The notes under the pieces were generated by a model, which was given only the letters and a program-made list of their open reading frames with translations, did no database searches and was not told the origin of the DNA. Below are positions 1 to 12,220 of a stretch of 64,000 nt of DNA, one piece after another (position 1 is the stretch's first letter; every line of letters starts with the position of its first letter). Source of the stretch: Utricularia gibba (taxonomy: Eukaryota > Plantae > Magnoliophyta); the NCBI GenBank assembly GCA_002189035.1, contig NEEC01000012.1:2046001-2110000 (forward strand), read 5' to 3'. Position numbers and translations under genes: made by a program.

Positions 1-192
1 TAGCCTCTTTGTCGTGAATAAAAGGATGAGATCTCATGGCCGTCGTCCGAAGGCCGTGCTGCCTCCGAGAAATATCGACGATCCCAGGCGCACTCCGGCC
101 TAGATCGATGGAGGCGCTCGGGGAAGACGACCCGCGACGCCGTGTCTGTTTTTGAAATTAGAAATTGGGGTATAAAAATTGAACGAGTGACG

Positions 193-1732
193 TTAGGATA
201 CCAAAAGGAGAAAGACAATGCAACCTTCGGCGACGGCGAGCAGAATCCCGACGACTTTCCTCCTGAGAAGCAGGAGGGAGTGGTTGTCGGCGATCATCAC
301 CGGAAAGACACATTTCTCATCGGAGGGATCCTCGTGGGTGATCCTCGCCAGGCCGGAGAAGTCGCAGTCCCATTCATTCTGACTCTTCATCTGATAGTAC
401 ATGTTGAAAGCGTAGGAAGCATTCCCCTCGAGAGTCAGATGGTTGCACGATGATCCGAACCCTAGCGCTGTGCAGTCCGATTGGCTGCAGGCGAAATCGA
501 TGTTCGCCGCAAGATCTCCGTCGACGTCCTCCGCTGCCGCCACCGTGGGTTTCAACACGCACCACCGTCGCACCATGTACTCCACGCCTTCCACCGCCAC
601 GAGTGCTCCATTTCCGCCTAACAAATCCAGCTCGTACTTGGGTTTTCCGTCGAATTCGAAGATCCCCCAATGCCGTTCGAAGGATCCGGGTTCGATGCTC
701 TTGGCGTTTTCGTCGAATAGGCTGAAGAGGTAGATTTCTAGTTCCCCCTTTCTTGCCGGCGTTCCTTGCGCCGCGGCTGCGTGGCGGATCAGCCCCTGGT
801 TGAATCTCCTTGCGTTCTCGATATTCGCGTGCTCGTCGCCGTCGGTAGGCCACCCAACCTCCCCGACGATGATTTTCATATCCGGGAAGCCCGCCTTCGT
901 CAGAGACCAAACCAGAGTGTCGAAATTCGCATCAAACACATTTGTGTATGTGCAACTTCCGTCTCTCAGGGGACGAGCTCCGCCATCGAAGAAAGCGAAG
1001 TCGACCGGAAAGTATGCATTCTGGTAGAGACTCAAGAACGGGTAGATATTAACGACGAAAGGGGCGTCGTTGGAATGGAGAAATTGGACAATCTGAACGG
1101 TTAAATCACGGATCTCCGGCCGGAAATCGCCGCCAGAAGGAACGGGATTCGATTCCGGCGAGTTGTAGATATCAGCGTTGAACGGAACGGTTGCTTTCAC
1201 CACCGATCCCAATCCTGCTCTGTTTAAAGCTCCTTGAATGTTCCTCAACGCCGGCAAAGTATGCTGTAGATAACTTCCGTTGTACGTTTTCAGAAACGGC
1301 TCATTCCCGACGGCGACGTACCTGAAAGAAACACCAAAATCCGATTCCGGTACCCACAAATTGAACGGTTTTCTTGATCGAAAAAACAACCACCCACCTG
1401 ATATCAACTCCCCCGGGATACGCATATGCGGTGACATTCGCGTCCACCCACTGCGCAGCGGCGCCGGCGTCGAGGCTCAGCTGACGCAGCATACAGTTAG
1501 GAACCGCCAACATAACTTCGATCCCACTCCCGGAAAGCGCTTCCAGAATCTTCCGATCAGCCTCGAAGAGCTTCACCCTCTTGAACCCGTTTTCTTTCAG
1601 CATATTCACCACGCTGTAAGGAGCTAAAGAGTGCTTAGCCATGGTACCCCAGTTGACGCCTATAGCGGCCGCGGCGGCCGGCGAATCCAGCGCCGCCGCG
1701 AAGAGCATCATCAGCAGCAGAAGCTCGTTCAT
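193..1732 (-). CDS. Glucan endo-1,3-beta-glucosidase (GH17 + X8 domain + C-terminal hydrophobic/GPI-type tail), 2 exons (1732-1398, 1321-193)
   Basis: Hydrophobic leader followed by [27 protein letters not shown] and X8 cysteines (WCVLK...[12 protein letters not shown]...SCN). A 76-nt GT-AG intron (1397-1322) joins the two frames at GGVDIR|YVAV. Confidence 0.95.
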
Positions 1733-2324
1733 CTGTCGACTGTGAAATTGCGAAATGACGGGGAATTCAACCGGCGGCATGCAAGGAAAGCATCCAGGTG
1801 GTGTCCCAGTCTCTAAAACCGACAACTTTTCGCCTTCTGAATCCATACTTCAGTTGTAAGTAGTTGCGCGTATCCGTTCCCGTGAAGGTTGCCAATTGTA
1901 GCACCCGCTCAGGAGCTTTTGGATTAACCGATAAACTACTGCCATTGTGTGGGGGGTGGTTTTGATTTTTAAAAAATAAAAATACATTATTAAATACGCA
2001 TATTTAAAAAATAAAAATTTTAAAATATAGTTTATTTTTAAAAAGTTGTAAAATCTCAATTTTTACTTTATCAAAAATAGAAAAAAACTATATTAAATAA
2101 AACCTATATCTATATTTATTAGAAGTTGTTTAATAATAAAGCGTTTAATAATAAAGCATTAATATATTTAATTATAATATAATTAATGTTGTATATATTC
2201 AATTATATATAATATTTGATATACAATAATAAGCTTATATATGTTAGTGATTCAAATATAATTAACACATATTTCATTTATGAATATTATCTACATATTC
2301 AAAAAAATAAGTATGTGTCTAGTA

Positions 2325-2328
<4 letters not shown>

Positions 2329-2378
<50 letters not shown>
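2329..2378. repeat. (TA)25 microsatellite
   Basis: Uninterrupted TA run read directly from the sequence. Confidence 0.97.
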
Positions 2379-2383
<5 letters not shown>

Positions 2384-3395
2384 TTAAAAATATTTTTTAT
2401 TTAATAAATTTGAATATAAATCTTATATACTATACAATCAAATACCATTTTAGACATATATATATCATTCATAATATATTTACATAATCACTTTAATTAT
2501 ACTTACGAAAAATATTCTTTTAATTAAATGAATCTTAATTTTCTCATTATATATATTACAAACAATATCTATCAATACAAATAATATTTTAAATACATAT
2601 TTATAAAATTTATATATCAAATATAATTATATAAATATCTATTATTTAAATACAAATAATTCAAATTCGTTATCAATTAGACTATTGTAGCACCTCAAAT
2701 TTGCACTTGGCTTATAAAGTGGCATATCAAAACTTCAAATTGAAGTTGTTTTCCTATAAAACACTCTGCTTACTATCAATTTGAAAGCGTGTTTGGTTGA
2801 TGGGGAGGGCTCTGGAATCAAAGGGTCTGATTCTCTCAGCGCAATAAAGGGAAGCCTTTCTTCTGGTAAAACATGGAGAGATTGACAAGGAGGCAAGTGG
2901 TGTAGAGGGAGCAGATAATGGAGGATGAATACTCTGGTCACCTGGGGCCAGAAGATCAGTTAAAGGCCCCTTCCAGCTCAAAATGGGCATTTGCTAAGCT
3001 CATACAGATTAAATTTCTTCTTTTCTGCTCCCTTTACTTCTTGGATTTCTCCTTTTGGGCCTTTTTATCCACACTTTCTTGCACACCTCATGGGCGCAAA
3101 TCACTACCTTTCCTTTTTGCCATCTTCATTGTACCTGAGAACATATGGTGATGGCTTTTGAGTTAAAGGCGAGACTCAATTATCCTTGAAAATAATGACT
3201 TTGTTCTTCGACTTATAGCTGTCGGGGACCTTTATTGGGAGAGTGGTGCATTTCATTGAATAAGGAGTAGGCTCTTTGATGTCTGTGCTGCTTTTTGTCT
3301 GTATTTTCTGCATCAGACAGATGATTTGTTTGGCTTCAGGCACTGTTCTTTAACCAATGAAGAAGCATCATCGACTGTGAATTGACTTACTGCTG

Positions 3396-4742
3396 CTATT
3401 TCATTCCTATCAGGTGATTCAACAGAACGCCTGCTGCAACACTTACATTTAGGCTCTCCACTGCCATGAAGGACCTGAACTCTGGATCTGTATTTTCCAA
3501 GTCATTAGCAACCAACCCCACTGGTTGGTTTCCTGGGATTCTGATCAGGTCCGTGCAGGACCTTTCTACCAGGGGTCGCAGTCCAGTGCCCTCGTTACCC
3601 AACACCAGGATTGTGGGAGCACCAGGAGTGACTTCACACAGTGGAATCGCTCTGGTTGCAATGGAGGCACCCAACACTCTCCAGTTGTTGCCAGCTGATG
3701 AAGACAGGAACTGCATCATATTCTTGCAAGATCGAACCTCCATCAGCTCGAGTGATCCTGCACTGGCTTTGCTGACAACCCCGCTCAACGGGGCTGAATT
3801 CTTGGCACACAACACTACTCCGGCTGCCCCAAAAAAGTAGGCGGATCGAATAATCGCCCCTAAGTTCTGAGGATCAGTAACCTCATCCAATGCCAGCCAC
3901 ACAGAACCTCTTTCTCCATCATCAGACACAGGTTCTAACTCCCTAATACTAACCATTTCCAAAGGCGAAGCATCGAGAACCAAACCCTGATGAGGCCGGT
4001 TATCGGAAATCATGTTCAGGTCATGTTTGGACACCTCTTTTAAGACCAGCTCCATCTTTTCAGCCATCTTCATTATCTTCTCTAAACCTTTCTTGTCCTT
4101 CTTCCGTTTGTTGTTTCCAGTTACATCCATTCCTTCCTGTACATACAATGCATAGAATTCCCTACGGCCAGCTAAAAGCGATGCAAGTACAGGACCAACT
4201 CCATATATCCCTTCTCCCACCATTTTTGGAACTGAGGATTCCTTGGCTTCTTTCCAAACATTTCTACCCCAAGCTTCCTGCTTGTTCCATCTCCTAACCT
4301 CCGGTTTTTCGATTCCGGTTTTCTCGTTGCTCCATTTGCTGAACTTTTTCTTTATGCCATTCCATCTTGGATTATCAACTTCATCATCAGCGTCATCTTT
4401 ACCCCCAGATTCATTTCCATGTTGCTGCAGCGTGCTCTCCTTCAGTATCTTTTCTGCCGAAATTTGCCAAGAGCTGGCCACCACGTCTCTTCTCTCAACC
4501 CTTTTTTGCCCATTTTTCAACCACGGAAGGGGATTTCTTCTATTTTCATCAGCATTACTCGAAATGTAACTGGAGAATCTCCTTGCACTCCGATTACCCG
4601 CAGCTAGACTTCTAAGTGCTTGAGCTTGAGTGGGGATTCTACTACTTACCAGAAGTGGCTTCGGAGAGTTGAAAGTTATCATCATCGACGTTGGCCGCAA
4701 GGATGCTCTTAACGCAGAAGGTAAAGCGCGGGGATTCCCCAT
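3396..4742 (-). CDS. MRM1: SpoU/TrmH-family 2'-O-ribose rRNA methyltransferase, MRM1-like, probably organellar; single exon
   Basis: SpoU motifs LDEVTDPQNLGAIIRSA, LVLGNEGTGL and VESLNVSVAAG. The first ATG is at 4742 (MGNPRAL...), followed by a transit-peptide-like R/S/L-rich N-terminus. Confidence 0.88.
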   Translation of the reverse strand: MGNPRALPSALRASLRPTSMMITFNSPKPLLVSSRIPTQAQALRSLAAGNRSARRFSSYISSNADENRRNPLPWLKNGQKRVERRDVVASSWQISAEKILKESTLQQHGNESGGKDDADDEVDNPRWNGIKKKFSKWSNEKTGIEKPEVRRWNKQEAWGRNVWKEAKESSVPKMVGEGIYGVGPVLASLLAGRREFYALYVQEGMDVTGNNKRKKDKKGLEKIMKMAEKMELVLKEVSKHDLNMISDNRPHQGLVLDASPLEMVSIRELEPVSDDGERGSVWLALDEVTDPQNLGAIIRSAYFFGAAGVVLCAKNSAPLSGVVSKASAGSLELMEVRSCKNMMQFLSSSAGNNWRVLGASIATRAIPLCEVTPGAPTILVLGNEGTGLRPLVERSCTDLIRIPGNQPVGLVANDLENTDPEFRSFMAVESLNVSVAAGVLLNHLIGMK

Positions 4743-5091
4743 TCGATGTGACGAAACTGTCCGAAATCCGATAAGCTCTTCGGCGGCGGACACCAAGATT
4801 CCGCCGGAGCAAAACCCGAGGGAGTTATCCAATTCCACGTTATGACCGACCCAACTAGGGTTGAACTGGTTTTGTAACCCCCAGGCGTTGACAGTGGGCC
4901 GGTTCGGGTCGGGTCGCATACATCGGACCCAATCCCAAACCAATAGCATTCGTCCAAATTCAAGCACATAATTTCTCCATTGAATTCCAGATTTTGTTTT
5001 CCAAACTAATTCATATTTCAACTGAAATCGGCGGCGGCGTTGCTCGGCGCATCACCGGCGACCATGCTTCTGGATGGGTGAACTGTAGCGC

Positions 5092-7884
5092 CTAAGATGC
5101 GGATTCTGTTGCATCTTCAACCTCGTGGCTTTCTATTCCCAACAAGCTTGATATCTCGCTAACATGTACAACTTTGGGAGTCTGTTGCATGACCAGCAGA
5201 CCTTCAGCTACCCTGTCATCTGATATCTGCGGCAAGGCGGTGGTCGGTCCACGATTCGAGTTGAATCCTGTGTCCGGGAACCGGAAGTTGGGGGCCAAGG
5301 AGCTTTCCAAGAAGACGTCAGAGGCACTGCATTTCATATGACGGCTTGATGGAAGGCAGAGAGTTTCATTGTTGGCAGGATAGTAGCATGGGATTGAGAA
5401 CTCGGACTGGATCTTCTCTTTGAGTGTGGCCATCTTGGGCTTCTCCCGTGCACAAGAATCACATGCTTCGGGGATAAGAACCTCACAAGGTCAATGATCC
5501 CTTTTGCGTCTGTATGGGGACTGAATGACAGCTGATGAATCTGGAAAGCAACAAAAATGAAATGATGATATGTGCAACGGAGAGAGGGGATCAAAGTGGG
5601 AGAATCCGAGGATGCTGCAAACTACCTGGCACCGAACTTCGATCTGTGTATTATCGTAGAGCCTGATCTGTGTAGGTACTTTGGCAGACATGAGCTTGTT
5701 TCCTATGGTTCCAGCAACACAATATCTAGGGAAGGCAGCAAAAGGGAAGGTGAATGCAAGGAGATGGAATCCATCCAAGCAAGAGATGCCAATTAAGGAA
5801 CACGAATACCCTGGAAGTGTGACAAGATTTCCCTCAAATGGTGCCCACTGTTTGAACACTTCGAGCGAAAAACCACCACTGATCATCCCCGGAGTGGCAA
5901 AAAGGACGCATGGCCCGGGAGAGTTTATCTGGAAAGAATCAAAACTGCACACTGCAAAGTCCTTGTTAGTACTCTAGGCAAAAGAACCCCTTTTTATAGC
6001 TTGAAGTCACTGAGAATTCTAACTCCCCACCATACCATGTTTGTAGTCAAATGGATTGCGAGTGGAATAGGAGTCCTTGACCTTTTGGCTGGTCCAACTT
6101 ATGAAAACTTTATAGTAACTATTAGCTTGTAATGTCAAACCTAGAGCAATGAAAACAAACTCTTGATACACTCAAAAGAACTAAGTATACACAGATTTTA
6201 AGGCAGAAGTTTGTAAAAAACAATAAAAGGTGTACCTGCAGAGAAGTATATGGGGACCTTAAGGTTCATCCTTTCCCAGTAATCATCTAGTAGCATGCAA
6301 AGTTCCTGTGAAACAGTTTCGGGAAGCTTATATATTCTTGCTGTCACGCTCGAAAAAATAAACTGAAAAAAGGGAATATCAGATGTCAATGAAATAACCT
6401 GAGCTCTGCCAAGAGCAAATGTAGGTATTAGAACCTTCCCTCCTCCAGCAACACATTTGTGTACCTACAAAATGGTTAAGTGATAATGGAGCTAGAGAAA
6501 AGAAAAACGTCCACAAGACTTTCACTTTGATACGGATACACAAAACATAGGCTGTGAGTATACGTCTTTTAGCTAAGTGATGAGAGGAAAATTCTTACAG
6601 CTTTGAGGAATTCCCTCTCCCGAAAGTATTTTGAGTCACGGTATGTTGTAGCATATGTTGACCTGCTCAACATAATTTTTCAAAGATGCCTTGAGTACAT
6701 GCAGCAAAAAATGGAGTAGATACAGAGGAGCATACACAATATGCTAGATGCTTCGATACAGACAACAAAATACACCGTTGCATATTCAGTGACTAGTAAA
6801 GAAATCTTCTACTTTAATTTCACAGGTAAATTGTAAGTGCTCACTAGAAAATTTACCATGTTGATGCCCCGCTACTACTACTACATTATATTTGGGAGAA
6901 TCCAGAGGAAAGATTTTGGAACGTACTCAGTAATAACAAGGTCTAGTTTCAATCGGTCGATTTGAGCAGCCCCAAGATGTCTATCAGCTGTCATATTGTA
7001 ATCTCCTGTGTACACAACAGCAGCATCTCCCACCCTGACGTGAAACATTGCCGCTCCAAGGACCTAAGGGCATACTGAAATTAGTAACTACAGGCAAAGA
7101 GAAAAAGAGAACCTTGCACGAAAATAGATTATATTTTAAGAGTCCCTACGTGGCCTGCATAGTATGCACATATCTGAAGGTCTTTGTCAACTTGAACTGT
7201 CTGCTTCAGATCAACCGCGATGACTGCACTAATAGCCAAAAAAAGGCATCTGCATGTGAGGAAAGCATGTAGTCAGCCTGATAAACTGCACTGGTTACCT
7301 TTCTTCATACACTCAACAATATGTTCCGAGTTAAAGACCTCTTCTTCTCCTCGTCTGTCCACCATCACCTTTCGGTAGTCCTCAAGCATGATGGGGGCTA
7401 ATGCTTTTGTTGGATACTGAAATGCGGTACCCGGAGATCAATACAAGAAAAACGAGCAACAAAAGATCAGGTCAAAATTCTACCGTCATGTAAATAGGAC
7501 CATTATAACCGCAAACTTGGGTGAAATACGGTAGAGCTCCAATGTGGTCCAAGTGAAAATGAGTGATGATTATGCATGAGATTGAATCCTTGAATTCACC
7601 GGAGTTCGAAATCAGTGAAAAATCTGGGTACCGACGTTGGTCCGTGTAACCCATATGCATTCCACAATCGAACATTATTTTCTTTCCATCTATTGAGACA
7701 ACCACACAGCTCTTGCCCACCTCTTGTCCTGCCCCTGTTGAATGAATCCCACATGCATCATAAAAAAAGCAATCTTTGGGTTGCACTTGCATTTCATTGA
7801 GCAGAAAGCAGATATTTAGAACTGTTACTCAGCAACCAACAAGGATAAAAATGTGATACCTAGGACAAGACACTCTATAGCCAT
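5092..7884 (-). CDS. CPSF73-II: CPSF73-II / INTS11-like MBL-beta-CASP nuclease, 12 exons, with one apparent -1 frameshift at ~5445-5447
   Basis: MAIECLVLG|[38 protein letters not shown] and SPHTD motifs. Exons traced with GT-AG borders: 7884-7860, 7734-7484, 7416-7299, 7223-7150, 7063-6927, 6662-6599, 6464-6399, 6305-6236, 6140-6036, 5951-5810, 5725-5626, 5540-5092. Confidence 0.93.
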
Positions 7885-8557
7885 AGTAGAACTGAGGCGG
7901 TGCCTCGTATCCGTATCCGCCTGCTATTTCTTCGTTACGAAATTGGGTCCTGGAATCACCTCTTCCGACAACTACCAAGGTTGCAAGATTGAAACTACAA
8001 CTCCGGCGGTGTCGGGAGACCGCCGGTGACGTCACAAACTGGGCTATATATCCACGGATTAACTTAGCCGTTGCAATAACGGCCCAAATCAAAAGGAAAG
8101 CCGGCCCATATCCAAAGAGGCACGAAAGGAGAACCGTTGATCCGCCAAGCCCACTCCCCCGCTCGCCCCATCCCACTCCTTTCTCATCCGCAGCAAGTGG
8201 GGGTGGGCTACATAGTTACTCTTTATCTTAGATTCATAATATTGAAATTTAGTATCCGATGAATTATGCGAATATACACGTAAAGTTCAAGCACATAAAA
8301 AAATGTAAATTATAATAAAAAATATTAGATTTAAATTATTAATTATAATCTATAATTGTTTATATATTCGATTATATCACTTTTATTTTTTAATATGGAA
8401 TTATATATTCTAATACGTAACAGTTCCACGATCACGCGCCGCCGTGCATCGGTGGGAGAGGCGACGAATAATGAAGCATGTAACCCAAGCGAGGGAATCA
8501 GCATTCGTAGAATGTCACAGGCACAAAACCAAGTACAAAATTTTCAAGAGGAAGTCT

Positions 8558-11133
8558 TCAATCTCCATTAGAAGATTCATCTTTCGTAGAATGTGCCGAT
8601 CCCCTACTGCTGCTTCCATCTTTACCAGCACTCGCTTTTCCGTACTGCGAAATGCAGGCAAACACTTGCCTTAGATTGCCTCTGGAAGGCCTGGCATTCA
8701 CAGCATATTTGCATATGAAAACCAATCGCTTCTTCAACTCCGACTTGGTTACTTGAATCTCCCTAAAGCATTTCCCATCATCAAATTTCCCTACACGACG
8801 ATAACACGAAAATCGGCGAGGCTCAAGCTGCATAACACACACGTACTGTCGGAAAGTTGAAAATGTTACCCGTTTGATCAAAGAACGATATCAAGATTGC
8901 CAAAGAAACACACACGCTGATGTCCTCCCCTGCAACCAACACGATCATCATCTCAGCTCATCTACTAGCAATCAACATTCGAGTTCGTCCATAAAATTTC
9001 TCCATAAAATTTCTCCTAATTACGCATCGTTTCTATTCTAAAACACGATCAATGCGTAAAATCCAGATCAAATGAGACGAAGAACAAGAAAATATACCGT
9101 CGGAGCAGCATACGAATAGCGGTTGGCCTCGTCCCAAACTCCTCCGCGCGAACTCCAGCGCACAGGGCAGGTTTCTTGATAAAGAAAAACGATCATGCTT
9201 GGAGTCCTATATATACCCAACATCATAAGTCTAGTAAACTGAATATTTATTTATTCTTCTCAAATAATATTACAATATTAAGAACACTAATTTATAATTA
9301 ATTATGAAAATTATTACAACACAAACACAAAGCATCATACCACAATAGGCAAGTACAAGTACGTGTCCGTACTGTTTGGCTTGGAAATGGTGTGTGAGGA
9401 CTCCTGGTCACAGTTCAATATGGAGTAGATAGGATCCACTTCTCCAACTGCAAAACATGACAGAAACCAAAATGCTTGTTATACGTGGTTATGTTGATAT
9501 TCATCTGCTATCTTACAAAGAAAAACATGTTCGAAACATGGAGAACAATGAAATATGCTTCATTGTTGTGTATCATGCTATAAAAGCTCTCGATAATTAA
9601 GCCAAAAGATTGAAATTCGCCTCGAAATCATGTTTTGTCTAACCAGCACATGATATAAACGAATTCTAACATCCAATATCTTTCACTAGTAAGCTCTAAA
9701 GGATCAGATCATCAATAAGTACATACAGAATAAATAAAAAAACTGGCAGATATATAAAAATGTACCTAGTAGAGATTTCCCGAGAGCGATATTTGTGGAG
9801 CCCAAAATGGTTATGCCATCAACATGAGGAATGCCTTTCTCATCCTTCATCATGACCAGACTTCCTGACTCAGCCTTGCTATTGCTTAAGCATCCGGAAG
9901 GGCGGACTGGCACTTGCTTAGCATCTTCACCGCTCCGCAGGCGACGAACGCGGTCTTTTTCAACGATATGTGCTACAAACTGGTTACATGATTCAGGACC
10001 TGAAGAAACAATTTCATGAGCATGCTGCCAGAAAAGATCTGGTGATAGCCCCCTGGCCCAACTTTCCTCATCATCTCCTGCTCCAGGGATGTAGTTCCAA
10101 CTGAACTCGGATGTTGTTTTAGTATGGCATGTCATCAAGATGCAGAAACAAGTATGATGGGAGTGAATTCCCATGAATCATGATCAGGCACTTCGTTCAG
10201 CCAGATGAGGCTTCTTTGTGAGAGCCACAGTGGCCTCAGAGGTTTCTTAAGGAGCGATGAGATGGAGCCAAGCTCAGCTCCACTAGACTCCAACTCACAG
10301 ACCCAGATTTCCAAACGGCTTTCAATCATCTGTCTTTCAATGTCCGAAACCCAAAGGGGGAGATGCAAGGAGCAATCCCATTCGGATGGTTCCTCCGTTT
10401 TGGTAGGCTCACTTGACCTCCCCGCCTTCTAGTAAAAAAAAAAAAGGGAGGAGGGGGGAGGAGCTGAGAATGAAGTATTCCTCTCATTCTTAGTCAGCAG
10501 AATACAGAATAAGATTTGCATTCCAAATTTTTCACATGTAGAAAAATTACTTACATTACCCAATGTGTCACAACATGTTAGCCGCTCCCGATACCTGCGA
10601 ATTGCATGATTTAAAACACATGTCCAGATTGGAATAGTTTTTGACATACTGTCTGGAAACCTCTTCCCCTTCCTTGTTGAATCAACTATGATACAACCAC
10701 CCTTCTGTCCTAATTTTCAAAGTTCATAAAACATCATATGACTATGTAATAACATTAGGAAAACATTACACGACACATGTTCGTGTATACATTTTCCCGT
10801 TCAGATTTTGAATTCTAAACAACTGATGACAAAAAGATGAGGAGAAAAATTACCAGCTGTGTTTGCGACATGGAGGTTGAGACGGGGGATGCTGAAAGAC
10901 AGGTTGTTAGTGTGGCCATCAGTTGATTTGAAGTAGCATGTGCCATCAAATCTGCGGGAGTACCAGAGTCCACATCGGAGGTTTGCCAGCAGGGGCAGCT
11001 GTGGCCACAGCTGAGATATTTCTCCAACAAATATGGAGTCCTCATATATCGAACGCAGGGCATTGTATAGACTGTTCTCTTTGCGTTTTATCATCCTTGA
11101 AATCTTGTATACATTCCTAGTGTCCTCCTCCAT
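8558..11133 (-). CDS. RIT1: tRNA A64 2'-O-ribosylphosphate transferase (Rit1), 7 exons, with one apparent -1 frameshift at ~10137
   Basis: ANLRCGLWY, YFKSTDGH, DSTRKGKRFPDSMSKTIPIW, YIPGAGDDEESWARGL and ARPSRGNLRQV motifs. Exons: 11133-10854, 10709-10560, 10428-9766, 9447-9341, 9206-9098, 8929-8870, 8790-8558. Confidence 0.92.
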
Positions 11134-12220
11134 TGATGAGCTTAGAAACAAAGAAAAGGTCTGAAAGACTATCATTTGATATACGTAGCCATTGGAAATG
11201 CAAAATATTGCCCCTCACTATCAAGGATAAAAACAAGGAACCAAATGAAGAGCTACAGAAACCTCTCTAATCATTACATAAACAACAGTGAAAAACAATG
11301 CAGTTAAAACATTACATAGGCAATGCATGAAAATTCCTTGAGCATTACGTATACCTCTTCCTGGAACACCTTTACATAGGCATAATAATTTTTTTTGCAG
11401 CACATTAATTTTCAGTTTCTTCAATAAAATTCAAAATTTTAAAACCGATTATTGCCTATCATTCTTCCAAATGCAAAATAAAATTGAATGAATACTCGAT
11501 TAATAACTATGAACCAAATGGGATCATTATCAGATTGGAAACATTCAAGAGTGTTTCTTGCCCGTTTTAATAGAAATGCAAAGACCTAGAGGACAAGGCT
11601 TACTCAAAGTGTCCCCTAAATTGGTATAGCGGCATACGTCAGGAAAGAAACGAACTATTCAGATAGAACCACACAGTCCATCCAAAACCAATTAACCGAA
11701 GCTGCACTTCAATCCAATAAGGGCGACACCAACACAATGATTTTCCGTACAGCTGCCACCCCGGAGAGTTTGTGTAGTGACCAACGAGGCTCTGGCGCCG
11801 CCGCCGCAGCTACTAAAAAGGTTCGATGTTGTTCGGAAGTCCCTGAGATGGGGGGCCGGGCCGCCGGGGGTGTGTGGGGACGATGGGTTTTTAATAAATG
11901 GTTCTCAAAGGACCAAATGTGGACTTAACGATAAATCCCACAAATACAGGGGTTCAATTATAAATATTTTTTTCGCTATTCTCTGTTTGCTTGATTAACA
12001 AGAAATTAATTTTGGATTTCGCTCAGGTTGTCGGGAGTACGTCGTCGAATTGAACACAACCGTTGATTCTGACCCTTCGGCGTTAAATTCCCGCTCCGGA
12101 TTCCTATTTTCGCCTTTTTTGACTCTGATTTTTCTGTACAAGAGGGGAATTTGACCCCGAGAAGGTGATTTTAATCAGTTTTTTTCAGAAATTTGTGTTG
12201 ATAGTTTCGGGGAATCGAAG

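Noticed and set aside
1-155. GC-rich start of the window with an open frame from base 2 to 103 and a 39-codon ATG ORF
   Set aside because: Too short and truncated by the window edge; no recognisable motif.
4743-5021. 93-residue upstream extension of the MRM1 ORF in the ORF track
   Set aside because: It starts at a non-ATG codon and crosses promoter-like sequence (TGGGCC, telo-box-like motif). The first ATG is at 4742.
7829-8231. 115-aa and 80-aa ORFs upstream of CPSF73-II
   Set aside because: They overlap exon 1 and the promoter/5'UTR and have no recognisable domain.
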